A stretch of DNA of 64,000 nt, from assembly GCA_963734545.1 (NCBI GenBank), contig CAVTHO010000004.1, positions 384,001 to 448,000 on the forward strand. Reading direction: 5' to 3'. Of this stretch, positions 49,009 through 58,960 are shown one piece after another; the stretch's first letter is position 1, and every line of letters begins with the position of its first letter. A program made the translations under genes and the position numbers. This DNA comes from an uncultured Spirochaetota bacterium. GTDB lineage: Bacteria; Spirochaetota; Spirochaetia; SZUA-6; Fen-1364. The notes beneath the pieces were generated by a model, which was not told the origin of the DNA, searched no databases, and worked only from the letters and a program-made list of their open reading frames with translations.

Positions 49009-50447
49009 GTGTCGATGAAGCAGCGTTACGAGAACTCACGGCTGATCCATGCCAGCTTCGGTTCCCGCGAGATGTTCTCCCAGTGGTTCACCTCCGCCTT
49101 CGGCCTGTACACCTTCTTCTATTATGAGAGCGTCATCGGTCTTCCCTCGCAGCTCGCGCTGGTGGCGTTCCTGATCTTCTCGGTGTGGAACGCAATCAAC
49201 GATCCGCTGGCGGGCTACCTGATGGAGAAGATCAAGATGCCGTGGCAGCGAAAGCGGCAGATGCACCGCTTCCCCTGGATCCTGATCGGCGGCATCCCGC
49301 TTATCGTCTGCTACCTCGTGATCTTCCTGGTGCCGCTCCGCTGGCACCGCCCGAACGATACGTGGAAGATCCTGGCCTGGTACGTCGGATCACTCCTCCT
49401 GTTCGACACCTTCTTCACCATCTACGACATCAACGCGACGTCCCTCTTCCCGGTCAAGTTCCGCACGCCCCAGGAGCGGCGGTCCGTGCAGGGCTGGGGC
49501 ACGCTGCTGGGGATTCTCGGGCTCGTCCTTGCTTTCGTGATCACCGGGATGATCGTGAACCAGAACCACCCGGAGAGCTATCGGCAGGGCGCCCTCGTGT
49601 CGTTCGGCGGCGGCTTTCTGCTCTTTGCGCTCATCCTCCCGGGCGTCGTACGAGAACAAGCGCCTGCGCGCCGAGTACGCGCGCAACCAGGCTCTCACCG
49701 GCGAGGCCAGCCAGCCGTTCTTCACAGTGGCCCGCAAGGTGCTCTCGTACCGTACCGTGCGGGTGAAGTACCTCTTCTTCTTCGGCTACCAGGCGGCGGT
49801 GGCCCTGATCAACGCATCGGCCCTCTACGTGATCACCTTCATCCTGGATGACCCGGGGAACAAGAGCCTCCCCCTGATCATGGGTTCGATGCTGATCGGG
49901 GCCCTGGTCTCCACGCCGCTGTGGGTCAGGGTCTCGCAGAAGGTGAACGACAACAAGAAGATGAGCATCTTTGCGGGCCTCCTGATGGTCGCGTCGTTCG
50001 TGCCCATGGTGTTCGCCGTCACCCGGTGGCAGTGGATGGCGTCCCTCGCGCTCTTCGGCGTGAGCCTGGGCGGGCAGTGGTTCATGGACCCGCCCACCAT
50101 GGGAGACGTCCTGGACGACGCGGCGGTGAGGACCGGCAAGCGCGAGCAGTCCATCTACTACGGGTTCCAGACCTTCATCACGCGCTTCGGCGAGGCGCTT
50201 CAAGGCGTCCGTGATCGCGATGGCGCACATCGCCACCGGATTCGTCGTGGGCTCCCCCACCCTGGCCGGTCAGCAGGCCGCGAACCCCGGGGGCTGGCGG
50301 CTCATGATCTTCGGGATCCGGGTGCACACGGCCATCGTGCCCGCGCTCCTGGTGCTGGTGATGACGATCATCTTCTGGCGGCGGTACGACCTTACTCCGC
50401 AGAAGGCGGCGGAGAACCGGAAGAAGCTCGAAGAGATGGGGATCTAG
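49009..50447 (+). pseudogene. MFS (GPH/MFS_2) transporter with two frameshifts (~49650, ~50205)
   Basis: FFYYE, WNAINDP, DDAAVRTGKRE..YYG split across three frames; possibly sequencing errors. Confidence 0.8.
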
Positions 50448-50576
50448 CCCATTACTCCGGATTTTCTATAAACACCCCGTCCGCCCCCGGTCGAAGCCGG
50501 TTTTCCTTGGAAAGCTGGCCCTCGATGTCGATTATAGCCTCTTGCGCACGTCGAAGATGCTGAGGAGGAGAAGAAC

Positions 50577-51170
50577 ATGAGAAAACTTATCGTAGCGGAG
50601 TTTATCACGCTGGACGGTGTCATCCAGGCGCCCGGCGGCGCGAAAGAGGATACGGACGGCGGCTTCGCGCACGGCGGCTGGACTCATCCGTACTGGCACG
50701 ATGACATCGGCGCGCACTTCTTTGAGGCTTTCGCGCAGGCGGACGCGCTCCTGCTTGGACGGAAGACATGGCAGATCCACGGCGGTGCATTCGAGCCCAT
50801 GGCGGCCGGTGATCCGTTCGGCGACGCGATGAATGGGACCCAGAAATACGTGGTCTCCACGACGCTGAAATCCGCGGCGGCGTGGCGGAACTCGACCCTC
50901 ATCAGCGGCCAGGTGGTGGAGAAAGTGCGCAAGCTGAAGGAGCAGGCAGGGAAGGATATTCTCATCGATGGCAGCAGCGTGCTTTTGCACACGCTCATCG
51001 AGAACGACCTGGTCGACACATACCTCCTGCACGTGTATCCGCTGGTGTTGGGCGGCGGCAAGCGGTTGTTCCCGGAGGGGAAGCGTCTCAACCTGAAACT
51101 CAACAAATCCATCACGCTTCCCACGGGTGTCATCTTTCAACAGTACGAGTCAGTCCCGTCTGGCAAATGA
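50577..51170 (+). CDS. Dihydrofolate reductase-like (RibD_C) protein
   Basis: ITLDGVIQAPGG, LLLGRKT, GSSVL, YPLVLGGGKRLF. Confidence 0.92.
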   Translation: MRKLIVAEFITLDGVIQAPGGAKEDTDGGFAHGGWTHPYWHDDIGAHFFEAFAQADALLLGRKTWQIHGGAFEPMAAGDPFGDAMNGTQKYVVSTTLKSAAAWRNSTLISGQVVEKVRKLKEQAGKDILIDGSSVLLHTLIENDLVDTYLLHVYPLVLGGGKRLFPEGKRLNLKLNKSITLPTGVIFQQYESVPSGK

Positions 51171-51219
51171 GAGAATGAGCTTGTCGGCGGGCGGCTGATT
51201 TCTGGAGTGGAGCGCGCTT

Positions 51220-51252
51220 CGGTGGCTGCGGGAAGACCTCCTGCAGCCACCG
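51220..51252. terminator. Hairpin between convergent genes
   Basis: CGGTGGCTGC...GCAGCCACCG inverted repeat. Confidence 0.6.
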
Positions 51253-51261
51253 TGCCCCCGC

Positions 51262-53598
51262 TCAGATCATGCGGGCCGCGGACGCGACGACCGCCTTGGC
51301 CCACCGCGCAACGGTCTTGCCCTCCAGGACCGGACCCCAGTCCGCAGAAGCCTTCTTCAGCCAGGCGCGGCTCTTCTTTACGGTGGAGAACCATGTTTCG
51401 CGCGCATCGGCGAACCTCGCCTCAAGCAGCGCAAGAACAAGGGCGGTATGCAGCACTCGAAGGGCTTCCGCTGGGTCACCGGGAGCGCTCGCCGCTGCTC
51501 TTGCGATTGCTGATGAGCTGATTCCAAAACGTTTGAGATCACCCGTCGCGAGATCGAATCCGCCGTCCACGCGCTGGAGTGAAAGGACGAACATGAGAAG
51601 GTCGGTGTCTGTCTCACGTCGCCGGGCTGCTCTCGTCAAACCGAGAGACTGTGGTTTGGAGGCAGGGCCGAGCCCCCCAAGAAAGCCGGGCATGCCTCGA
51701 ACCACGGGCCGGGACCCAGTCGGCGTGTAGAGACCAAGGGTCCGGATTCCCGCGCGCCCGAGAGCAGTGCCCATCCCATGCCAACCCACTGTGACCAGCA
51801 CGGGCACCTTGCGGAGGAGCAACTCCCCGGTCTGCCGGTCCTTTTCCTCGCGTTCCTCGATTGCGATCCAGCTTGTCAGGCTGCAGGAGAGGCCGAACTC
51901 CCGGGCCAGGGCGATGACTTCCTGCTTCCACGTCTCCGCCTTTGGGCGGGCCTGGCGGGACCCGCGGCCGCCTGCCAGGTGGGCCTCCTCCAGGCCGCGG
52001 ATCCGCTCCCGGGCCCACAGCGTGGGAATCGGAAGCTGGCCCGAGCCCGCCTCCACAACGGGCAACTGCCAGGCCTGCGCCTTGCCTTCGATTTCCGCTT
52101 TCACCGTGACGCCAGAAGGCGCCGCACCCTGCGGAACCCGGGCCCACGTGCTCATCGGTTCCCCCAGCAGGAGAATGGGCTCCAGCGGAGCCTGCTCGGC
52201 GGCACCGCCCCAATCGACCTGGAGTTTCGAGATCCTTGAGGATACGGCCTGGCGGAAGAGGGAGAGGACGCGGGGCTCGATGCGCTCGCCGGGGAAGATG
52301 AACGCGGCGGCGCCCCCGCCGGCCCGGGCGAGGCCGCGCACAAGGTGATCGTTCGGGCCGGCGCCAATGCCCACGCAGAAGAACCGGGTGCCGGCCGCGT
52401 GGAAACGAACGAGCTCCATCACCTCCGCCTCGTTGCCCACCTCGCCGTCGGTGAGAAGCAGCATGCTGCGGCTGACGCCCTTGGGCACCGCGGCCCCGTA
52501 CACGTGCTGAAGCGGCTGCAGGACCTCGGTGCCGCCGAGATCCGCGTCCACCGCTCGCAGCCACCCCAGCGCCTCGCCGAGAGTTTTCTCGCCGTACTCC
52601 CGCGGCTGCGGGAACAGGGACTGGAAGGTGTCCCCGAACCGCACCACGTTGAACCGCGAGCCATTTTCCATGGCTCGCAGGCAGACCTCCAGGGCGCTCC
52701 TGGCCTGGCTGATGGAATCGCCCTGCATGGAGCCCGAGCAGTCCAGGACGAAGATCACCTCGCGGACGCTGTCGCGGGAACTGGGAGCGGATGCGCTCTC
52801 CGGCTCATCGGCTTCATCCAGGGCCATGTCCAGTTGCAGCCACGTGCCGCGCTCATCGACAGAACGCCACACCCGCCCGACGGCCTCCCTGGCGCGCTGG
52901 GTAACGGTGAGCACGAAATCGCGATCCATGCGGGCTACATCCGATGCGAAGCGGACCGTGAGCTCATCGCCATTGCCCTGCCCCATGGTGATGTTGATCG
53001 GGTGACTGGGCGATTCCACCGACTCCACGCACGAGGCGCCCCGCACGGCGATCTCCACGGAAAGGCCGTAGGGCACGGAAGCCGCGTACTCGGGGTGAAT
53101 GCGGTCGGAGGCGGGAATGCCTTCCTCGTCTGGTGTGTCCACGGGAAGGTAGCGCGGGGAGATGGTGGTGGGAAGGGAGAAGCGCACCTCACGGCCCTGC
53201 TGGTCAAGGAGCGCCACGTACTCGATCTCCACGACGGCCTCGGCGCCGGCGGGCAGACTGCCGACGGAAAGCGTGAAGATGTTCGGCCGTTCCTGGTCAA
53301 GGAGGAAGGCGCCATCCCCTCGCGCCAGGGCATCGTCGTAGAGCTCGAAGGCTTTGTCCCGTTCCTCCACGGAACCGCTGATCCTGCGGCCGCCGGCAAT
53401 GGCCGCGAAGCCGCATACCGCGGCGGACTCCGGCAGGGGGAAGCGGTAGACGGCCTCCAGGGCGCCGGCCTCCTCGTTCCTGAATCTCTGGGCCACCTTC
53501 ACGCGGGCACCCCGGCCCAGGATGCTGCCGCTCACGCAGACCCCCTGCAAAGGAACGGGGTTGGTCCCGTTGGAAATCAAGCCGAACACGTCACTCAT
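51262..53598 (-). CDS. Cytoplasmic VIT-vWA protein (VWA5A-like architecture)
   Basis: VIT (EAVYRFPLP, NIFTLSVG), MIDAS DCSGSM, GGT, LTDG, C-terminal helical domain; no signal peptide. Confidence 0.9.
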   Translation of the reverse strand: MSDVFGLISNGTNPVPLQGVCVSGSILGRGARVKVAQRFRNEEAGALEAVYRFPLPESAAVCGFAAIAGGRRISGSVEERDKAFELYDDALARGDGAFLLDQERPNIFTLSVGSLPAGAEAVVEIEYVALLDQQGREVRFSLPTTISPRYLPVDTPDEEGIPASDRIHPEYAASVPYGLSVEIAVRGASCVESVESPSHPINITMGQGNGDELTVRFASDVARMDRDFVLTVTQRAREAVGRVWRSVDERGTWLQLDMALDEADEPESASAPSSRDSVREVIFVLDCSGSMQGDSISQARSALEVCLRAMENGSRFNVVRFGDTFQSLFPQPREYGEKTLGEALGWLRAVDADLGGTEVLQPLQHVYGAAVPKGVSRSMLLLTDGEVGNEAEVMELVRFHAAGTRFFCVGIGAGPNDHLVRGLARAGGGAAAFIFPGERIEPRVLSLFRQAVSSRISKLQVDWGGAAEQAPLEPILLLGEPMSTWARVPQGAAPSGVTVKAEIEGKAQAWQLPVVEAGSGQLPIPTLWARERIRGLEEAHLAGGRGSRQARPKAETWKQEVIALAREFGLSCSLTSWIAIEEREEKDRQTGELLLRKVPVLVTVGWHGMGTALGRAGIRTLGLYTPTGSRPVVRGMPGFLGGLGPASKPQSLGLTRAARRRETDTDLLMFVLSLQRVDGGFDLATGDLKRFGISSSAIARAAASAPGDPAEALRVLHTALVLALLEARFADARETWFSTVKKSRAWLKKASADWGPVLEGKTVARWAKAVVASAARMI

Positions 53599-54073
53599 TC
53601 GATCCTCCTTCTTTTTGGATGATTGACCGCAGCGATTTCAGCGCGGCCACCGTGCCGGGACCAAGCCGCCGCTCCGCTTCCGCGGAGATGTGAAGCTCCA
53701 CGCCCGGCGCCAGGGCGATCCTGCTCCAGAGGGCGCGCGGATACTGCGTGCCCGAAAGCGCTGGCGCTGCAGGCCATTCGGCCTCGGGCCCGCGGATCTC
53801 CGCAACAGGGGGACTGCCGCTCCCCGACACCTCGCGTTTCCCCAATTTCTCCGCGCCTGCCAGCAGGCCCCGGATGGCTTCCAGGCGATACCCTCGCTCC
53901 TGCAGCTCCCTGATCCTGGCGAGTTGCCTCACGTGCACCTCGGAGTAGTAGCCGCCCCGGCCGCGAGCGGCCGGAGGGTTCACAAGCCCCTCCTGCACGT
54001 AGTAGCGGACGGTTCTTCGCGAGAACCCGGAAAGCCTGCACAGCTCATCGATCAGGTACTGGCCTTGGTCCAT
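53591..54073 (-). CDS. MerR-like HTH regulator
   Basis: IDELCRLSGFSRRTVRYYVQEGLV; overlaps the VIT-vWA start. Confidence 0.88.
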   Translation of the reverse strand: MDQGQYLIDELCRLSGFSRRTVRYYVQEGLVNPPAARGRGGYYSEVHVRQLARIRELQERGYRLEAIRGLLAGAEKLGKREVSGSGSPPVAEIRGPEAEWPAAPALSGTQYPRALWSRIALAPGVELHISAEAERRLGPGTVAALKSLRSIIQKEGGSNE

Positions 54074-54079
54074 GCCATT

Positions 54080-54112
54080 ATAATAACACTTAAACTGTCA
54101 TTATTCAAGTGT
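54080..54112 (-). promoter_or_regulatory. Probable leaderless promoter with overlapping inverted repeat
   Basis: TTGAAT-N17-TATTAT-N6-ATG on the minus strand; ACACTT-N15-AAGTGT (54086-54112). Confidence 0.5.
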
Positions 54113-54271
54113 CTTTATGTTTATTTAAATTCGGAACGGTGATAAGGCGAAAAGGAGGCAAACGCCCCCTCGCCCCCGGGTGCAAAAAGGGGCGCGCTTC
54201 CGAGGGTTCCGCTTCCGCGCAAAATTGGATACACCAAAAGGACATTCCGCACGTCGATATGACTGAACGTC

Positions 54272-54829
54272 ATGGAGAACCAACTTGTGATGCATGCTAG
54301 CGATGCGCACCGCCTTCGCGTTGAGCAGGCCTACAGGAGCGAGAAACCGCGCTTCCTGGCCCGGCTGCGCGCCGCCGGGCGCACCCTGGAGGAAGCGGAG
54401 GATATCATCCATGACGTGTACGCTGAGACCATGGAGCGGCTGCACCTGGTCCCCGACATCCGCAACCTGCCCGCCTGGATCAATTCGCTGTTTTCACGGC
54501 GATTGATAGACAACTGGCGGCACCAGCGGGTGAAGGAAGCGTCGGGTGAAACCGACGTGACCGAGGAGACGCTGCGGGAGATCATCGCCGGCGCCGGCTT
54601 TGATCCCCAGGACGGGTTCGTGCGGGAAAGCCTGATGGATGCAGTGAATGACGCCATGAGCGTGCTCCCCCCGGCCCAGCGCAAAGTGGTGGAGGCACAG
54701 GTCTTCGGCGGCAAGAGTTTCCGGGAGATCGCGGAGGCAACGGGGGAAAGCATAGACACGCTGACAGCGCGAAAGCGCTACGCGTTGCGCAACCTCTCCC
54801 GGGCCCTGCGGCACTGGATCGACGAATGA
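54272..54829 (+). CDS. ECF sigma factor
   Basis: EAEDIIHDV, LPAWI...LIDNWR, LPPAQRKV...SFREIA...RKRYA. Confidence 0.88.
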   Translation: MENQLVMHASDAHRLRVEQAYRSEKPRFLARLRAAGRTLEEAEDIIHDVYAETMERLHLVPDIRNLPAWINSLFSRRLIDNWRHQRVKEASGETDVTEETLREIIAGAGFDPQDGFVRESLMDAVNDAMSVLPPAQRKVVEAQVFGGKSFREIAEATGESIDTLTARKRYALRNLSRALRHWIDE

Positions 54830-55266
54830 GCGAACAACAAAGGAGGAATGATATGTCTGATCAGGAGAAAACAAGCGGCACGGCGGCCGAGCAGGAACAG
54901 TCCCATTTCGAACAGACGGAGCACAAGGACAGCATGGATGCCTGGTGGGAAAAGCGCACCATCCCCCAGAAAGTCCTCACGGTGATCGGGTTCATCATCC
55001 TTGGCGCGGGCCTGCTCTTCCTCTTCGGCTGGGTGGTGATGCTCCTGTGGAACTGGCTGATGCCGGAGATCTTCGGGCTGAAGACGCTCACCTACTGGCA
55101 GGCCTGGGGCGTGCTTGCCCTGAGCTGCATCCTCTTCGGCAGGATTGGCGGCGGGTGCGGAGGAAAAGGCAGCAGCGACCGGAAGCGGAAGCGCAAGCTG
55201 CGCAGCTACATCAGCGAGCAGATCAAGGAAGATGAGGAAAAGAAAGCGAAAGCCGCCAAGGAATGA
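54826..55266 (+). CDS. Two-TM hypothetical protein (possible sigma partner)
   Basis: VVMLLWNWLMPEIFGL..LTYWQA motif; start overlaps the sigma stop. Confidence 0.7.
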   Translation: MSEQQRRNDMSDQEKTSGTAAEQEQSHFEQTEHKDSMDAWWEKRTIPQKVLTVIGFIILGAGLLFLFGWVVMLLWNWLMPEIFGLKTLTYWQAWGVLALSCILFGRIGGGCGGKGSSDRKRKRKLRSYISEQIKEDEEKKAKAAKE

Positions 55267-55294
55267 GCCGGACTCGATGTAGCCGGCGTCCAGG

Positions 55295-55321
55295 GCCCGG
55301 ACGGGATATTCCCGTCCGGGC
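55295..55321. terminator. 12-bp perfect hairpin
   Basis: GCCCGGACGGGA-TAT-TCCCGTCCGGGC. Confidence 0.55.
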
Positions 55322-55359
55322 ATCATAAATACTTCTTGATAATACACGGAGGCATGGAA

Positions 55360-55812
55360 ATGTCAGATAGCGCTGGAAGTCTGTCTCAAGCAAAAACCGC
55401 CCGCAAGCTGGACATGAAGACCAAGCTTTCGACTTTGTGGATATTCGCGATGCTCAATTACCTGTATGCGGACATCATGACGCTCATGGATCCCGAGGCC
55501 CAGAAAATCATGCAGTCGGGATCCGTTGGCCCCCTGCAGATCAACCAGGGATTCCTCCTTGGCGCCGCGGTGCTTATGGAGACGGCGATAGCCATGGTTC
55601 TCCTGTCCAGAGTATTGAAATATCGGGCCAACCGTTGGGCGAATGTCATAGCGGGAATCATACACACGGCAGCAATGTCATTGTCCCTGCTGACATCCAC
55701 ACCGGCTCCCTACTACATCTTCTTCGCCGCCATGGAGATCCCCTGCACGCTGTTCATTATCTGGCTCGCCCTGAGGTGGAAGCCGGACGCTGTGCCTGCG
55801 GCAGCGGCCTGA
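55360..55812 (+). CDS. DUF6326-like membrane protein
   Basis: KLSTLWIFAMLNYLYAD, NRWAN. Confidence 0.75.
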   Translation: MSDSAGSLSQAKTARKLDMKTKLSTLWIFAMLNYLYADIMTLMDPEAQKIMQSGSVGPLQINQGFLLGAAVLMETAIAMVLLSRVLKYRANRWANVIAGIIHTAAMSLSLLTSTPAPYYIFFAAMEIPCTLFIIWLALRWKPDAVPAAAA

Positions 55813-55821
55813 GGAGGATGT

Positions 55822-56304
55822 ATGAGCGTGAAATCCCTCGTCATCGTGTACTCCTGTCATCATGGCAATACGGCCAGAATAGCCCGCTCAATGGCGGAGG
55901 CCCTGGGCGCGGAGGTGAAAACCCCGGGTGGTGTCCGCCCCGAAGAGCTCCGGGAATATGAGCTGGTGGGCTTCGGCTCCGGGATCGACAGCGGCAGGCA
56001 CTACAGGCCTCTCCTTGATCTTGCCGATGCGCTGCCGCACGCCGCGGGCAGGAGGGCGTTCATCTTTTCCACCTGCGGGGTTCCGGCCTCCATCTCCGGG
56101 GAGAAATTCATCAAGAACTACGCCGAAGAAAGCCACGCGGCTCTCCGGAAGAAGCTGATGTCCAAGGGCTACACGGTTGCCGGGGAGTTCAACTGCGCAG
56201 GATTCAATACGAACAGCTTCCTCAAGTATTTCGGCGGCGTGAACAAGGGCAGGCCGGATGCCGGGGACCTCGAGCATGCCGCGGCATTCGCGCGGAACTT
56301 GTAG
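55822..56304 (+). CDS. Flavodoxin family protein
   Basis: SCHHGNTARIA, GFGSGI, FSTCG, NKGRP. Confidence 0.88.
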   Translation: MSVKSLVIVYSCHHGNTARIARSMAEALGAEVKTPGGVRPEELREYELVGFGSGIDSGRHYRPLLDLADALPHAAGRRAFIFSTCGVPASISGEKFIKNYAEESHAALRKKLMSKGYTVAGEFNCAGFNTNSFLKYFGGVNKGRPDAGDLEHAAAFARNL

Positions 56305-56376
56305 GCGCCTGGCTCGACGCCGATCACCATGGTCACGCTGCTCATGAAGGCCTTGAACCGGGTGTGGACGTTTCAG

Positions 56377-56721
56377 CTACTGGATCAAGGCTATTATGCG
56401 CGCCTGGATCTCTCTGACCAGCGGCACGGACAGCGCAGCCGCAAGGGTTGCGTTTCGGGCCTTCCAGTCAAAGCTTTTCACCTGGTCGCACAACACTGCT
56501 CCCGAGATTCCAATATCAAGAGGTAGCGCGACCTCGAACGGATACCCCTTCACCCGGCTGGTGATGGGGCAGCAGAGGCACAGCCCGACTTTCGCGTTGT
56601 ACTCCTTGGGCGAGACGATCACGGCTGGCCGGCGCCCCGATTGCTCGTGCCCTGCCTGCGGCGTGAACTGCAGCCACACGATGTCTCCGCGCGCAGGTGC
56701 ATACGGGGAACCTTTCACCAA
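56377..56721 (-). CDS. mazF: MazF endoribonuclease toxin
   Basis: RGDIVWLQF.PQAGHEQSGRRPA, CPITS, DQVKSFDW. Confidence 0.95.
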   Translation of the reverse strand: MVKGSPYAPARGDIVWLQFTPQAGHEQSGRRPAVIVSPKEYNAKVGLCLCCPITSRVKGYPFEVALPLDIGISGAVLCDQVKSFDWKARNATLAAALSVPLVREIQARIIALIQ

Positions 56722-56957
56722 CTCTCCTTCCCGACGGGATGGCCGCTTTCGATCTCGACATGAATGTTGGCAGCCGTCACCTTCGAAAGGAGTTGCCGAA
56801 TGGAGAAAGCCTTCTTGCGGAGCGGGCTGATGACGATGTTTCCGTCCTTGCTGGTGATTTCGACTTCAGAGTCTTCTCCCACAGCGGACTCCTGCGCCAC
56901 TGCCTTCGGGATCCTGATCCCCAGGCTGTTCCCCCATTTCTGCACCCTGGCCCTCAT
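56715..56957 (-). CDS. mazE: MazE antitoxin
   Basis: VQKWGNSLGIRIPK; TATAC-ATA-GTATA palindrome upstream. Confidence 0.93.
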   Translation of the reverse strand: MRARVQKWGNSLGIRIPKAVAQESAVGEDSEVEITSKDGNIVISPLRKKAFSIRQLLSKVTAANIHVEIESGHPVGKESW

Positions 56958-57091
56958 GCCCGGCACCCCCTGTTTATACATAGTATATCCCTTCACGCTG
57001 GAAAAGCGCAAGGAAAGGCAGGGGTCAGCGCCTGTCGTCCAGAACGCCCTTTCGCTCTGCAAGATGCCGGCCCGACCAATCGACCGGCCGC

Positions 57092-58102
57092 TTATGGCGA
57101 TTTGACAGCCCCGCTCGCGGAGCAGGTGTAGGGCCGTCTCACCATCTGAGCCTTGTCCAGGCTCTCGTGCACGTACATGTCCATAGTGATTGACGTGGAA
57201 CTGTGTCCGAGGTATTTCGATACGGCCTTTATGGATGCCCCCTCGCGGATAGCCAGCGTGGCAAAGCTGTGGCGCATGCTGTGAGCCGAGATCCGGCGCT
57301 TGAGGATTCGCTTCCCGGCCTTGATGATTTCGTAGCTCACGTAGGTTGTACGGAACGGCTTGCCCCCCCTGGTTCGAAAGAGATACGTATCTGATGGAAA
57401 AACCGCCCGAATCGCTTCAAAGAGGGACTTCTCGATATCGACCTTCCGCTCTTTGTTTCCCTTTCCGGTGATTGTCAGCCGGACCATGTCCCCCAGGTCC
57501 TCGCACCTGTCCAGTCGAGCGCCGCACATCTCCGCGACGCGGCATCCCGTGTTGTACAGAAACCAGAGGAACAAAGAAGTTCGCTTCGAAGTACCTGCTA
57601 CCAGGCGGTCAAACTGATCCCGCATGACAACCCGGTCTTCCGAGACCCCTGACATGACAATCCCTGGGGCCCTGGTTTCGCTGTCATGGTCGAGAGATCG
57701 GAGCGCCATATCGAGCTGAGCCTGGCGGTTGAAATCCATGCTGGCCAGCGCGACGCGCAGCCGCGCCTTCACCGCCTGGCGCCGCACGCACTTGGTACGG
57801 GCGGCCAGTGGAAGGGAGTTGAGGTGCGTGAAGTATGCGCGCACCGCCGAAAGGTTCAGCGTGAGGTGATTGATCTCGAGGTAGCGCATGAACGGCGCGA
57901 TGTGGCTGGAGTAGTTGTCATTGACCGACAGAAACCGTGAGAGAATGACATCCTCGGACAAGGGATCGCTCAACGAGCTCAGGCGAGGCCTCCATGAAGG
58001 AAGTACGGCCTCAATGTCGCGCGAATTGTGCCCGTTATCATTGCGTATGCCAATTCGCCAGAGGGGCATGCCTTCGCCGAACAGCTCACGCACTCCGTCC
58101 AC
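57092..58102 (-). CDS. Tyrosine recombinase/integrase (copy A)
   Basis: Full catalytic set: GCR, GKG, HSMRH, LGH, Y in TMDMY; true start uncertain. Confidence 0.93.
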   Translation of the reverse strand: MDGVRELFGEGMPLWRIGIRNDNGHNSRDIEAVLPSWRPRLSSLSDPLSEDVILSRFLSVNDNYSSHIAPFMRYLEINHLTLNLSAVRAYFTHLNSLPLAARTKCVRRQAVKARLRVALASMDFNRQAQLDMALRSLDHDSETRAPGIVMSGVSEDRVVMRDQFDRLVAGTSKRTSLFLWFLYNTGCRVAEMCGARLDRCEDLGDMVRLTITGKGNKERKVDIEKSLFEAIRAVFPSDTYLFRTRGGKPFRTTYVSYEIIKAGKRILKRRISAHSMRHSFATLAIREGASIKAVSKYLGHSSTSITMDMYVHESLDKAQMVRRPYTCSASGAVKSP

Positions 58103-58377
58103 GAAAATCGCGCGTGTTCGTGATCGTCAGTCGTCAGGTCCTGGTCGACTCACTGTTCTCTTCAGTCATTTGCGCGCCGATCTACTCGGCATATGATGGC
58201 CTGTCCACCCAGGTATCGATCGGTGCAGATGAGGGTCTCAAGCACCAGGGTTCCGTTCACTGCGACGAACTGGTAAGCATAAGAAAGTCCGCCTTGACTG
58301 ATTTCGTGGGCCGCTTGAGCGCCGCCAAGACCGGCGAGCTTGACGATGCCCTGGCGATAGCCTCGCGAATCGATTAG
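58096..58377 (+). pseudogene. 5'-truncated PemK/MazF toxin
   Basis: RVFVIVSRQ...VICAPIYS...CDELVSIRK...LDDALAIA; N-terminal strand and antitoxin missing. Confidence 0.75.
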
Positions 58378-58436
58378 GAGCCCCTATGCGTGCCATCACC
58401 GCCACGCGCCAGAGAAGGGCGTGGACGCTCGGCGAT

Positions 58437-58482
58437 AGTCTCATATACTGGACTATTCCGAGCAAGTCCAATATACTGGACT
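58437..58482. promoter_or_regulatory. Tandem operator repeats directly before the HTH start
   Basis: AGTCTC-ATATAC-TGGACT (58437-58454) and AGTCCA-ATATAC-TGGACT (58465-58482). Confidence 0.7.
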
Positions 58483-58483
58483 C

Positions 58484-58960
58484 ATGAACCTCCACGGAGT
58501 CGGTGTCCTTGTGGCGGAGCGGCGGCGAGCGCAGGGCCTCACCTTGCAGGCGCTCGCGACGGAGGCCCACGTAGGGCGATCCACACTTGCGGCATTCGAG
58601 GCGGGAAAGCTCGGGGAACTCGGCTACGGCAAGGTCGCTCGAATCTGCGCCGCTGTAGGTCTGGTGCTGGAAGCGCGGCCCCTGGCCCTTGAGCGGCCCC
58701 TTGCACGCCACCGTCATCTCACAGACCCTGCTGCCAGGGAATTGACCAAGGCTGCGATGGAGGACATCGTCGTCAGGGGTGACATCGACTCCTGGCGAGG
58801 GCTGGTACAGGCGGTGAGACGGGACGCCAGCGGCCGCTTGGCGCGACGGGCCCGCGATGTCCTGGCTGGGGCAGACAGATCAGACCCGCGGGTCAGCGCA
58901 TTCTCGACACTTCTTTCCGGCGCGCTTCGGTCGCGAAGGAGCGTCACCAACCATGGCTGA
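58484..58960 (+). CDS. XRE-HTH protein (putative antitoxin)
   Basis: RRAQGLTLQALATEAHVGRSTLAAFEAG; C-terminal EDIVVRGD...W; overlaps the next gene. Confidence 0.75.
   Translation: MNLHGVGVLVAERRRAQGLTLQALATEAHVGRSTLAAFEAGKLGELGYGKVARICAAVGLVLEARPLALERPLARHRHLTDPAARELTKAAMEDIVVRGDIDSWRGLVQAVRRDASGRLARRARDVLAGADRSDPRVSAFSTLLSGALRSRRSVTNHG

Noticed and set aside
49009-50447. Programmed frameshifting in the MFS gene (also DUF2203 and tnpA)
   Set aside because: No slippery-site plus structure pattern; similar single-base indels are scattered across the window, so read error or decay is more likely
56305-56376. Possible att site at the left edge of the TA region
   Set aside because: No second copy found within the window, and no tRNA fragment
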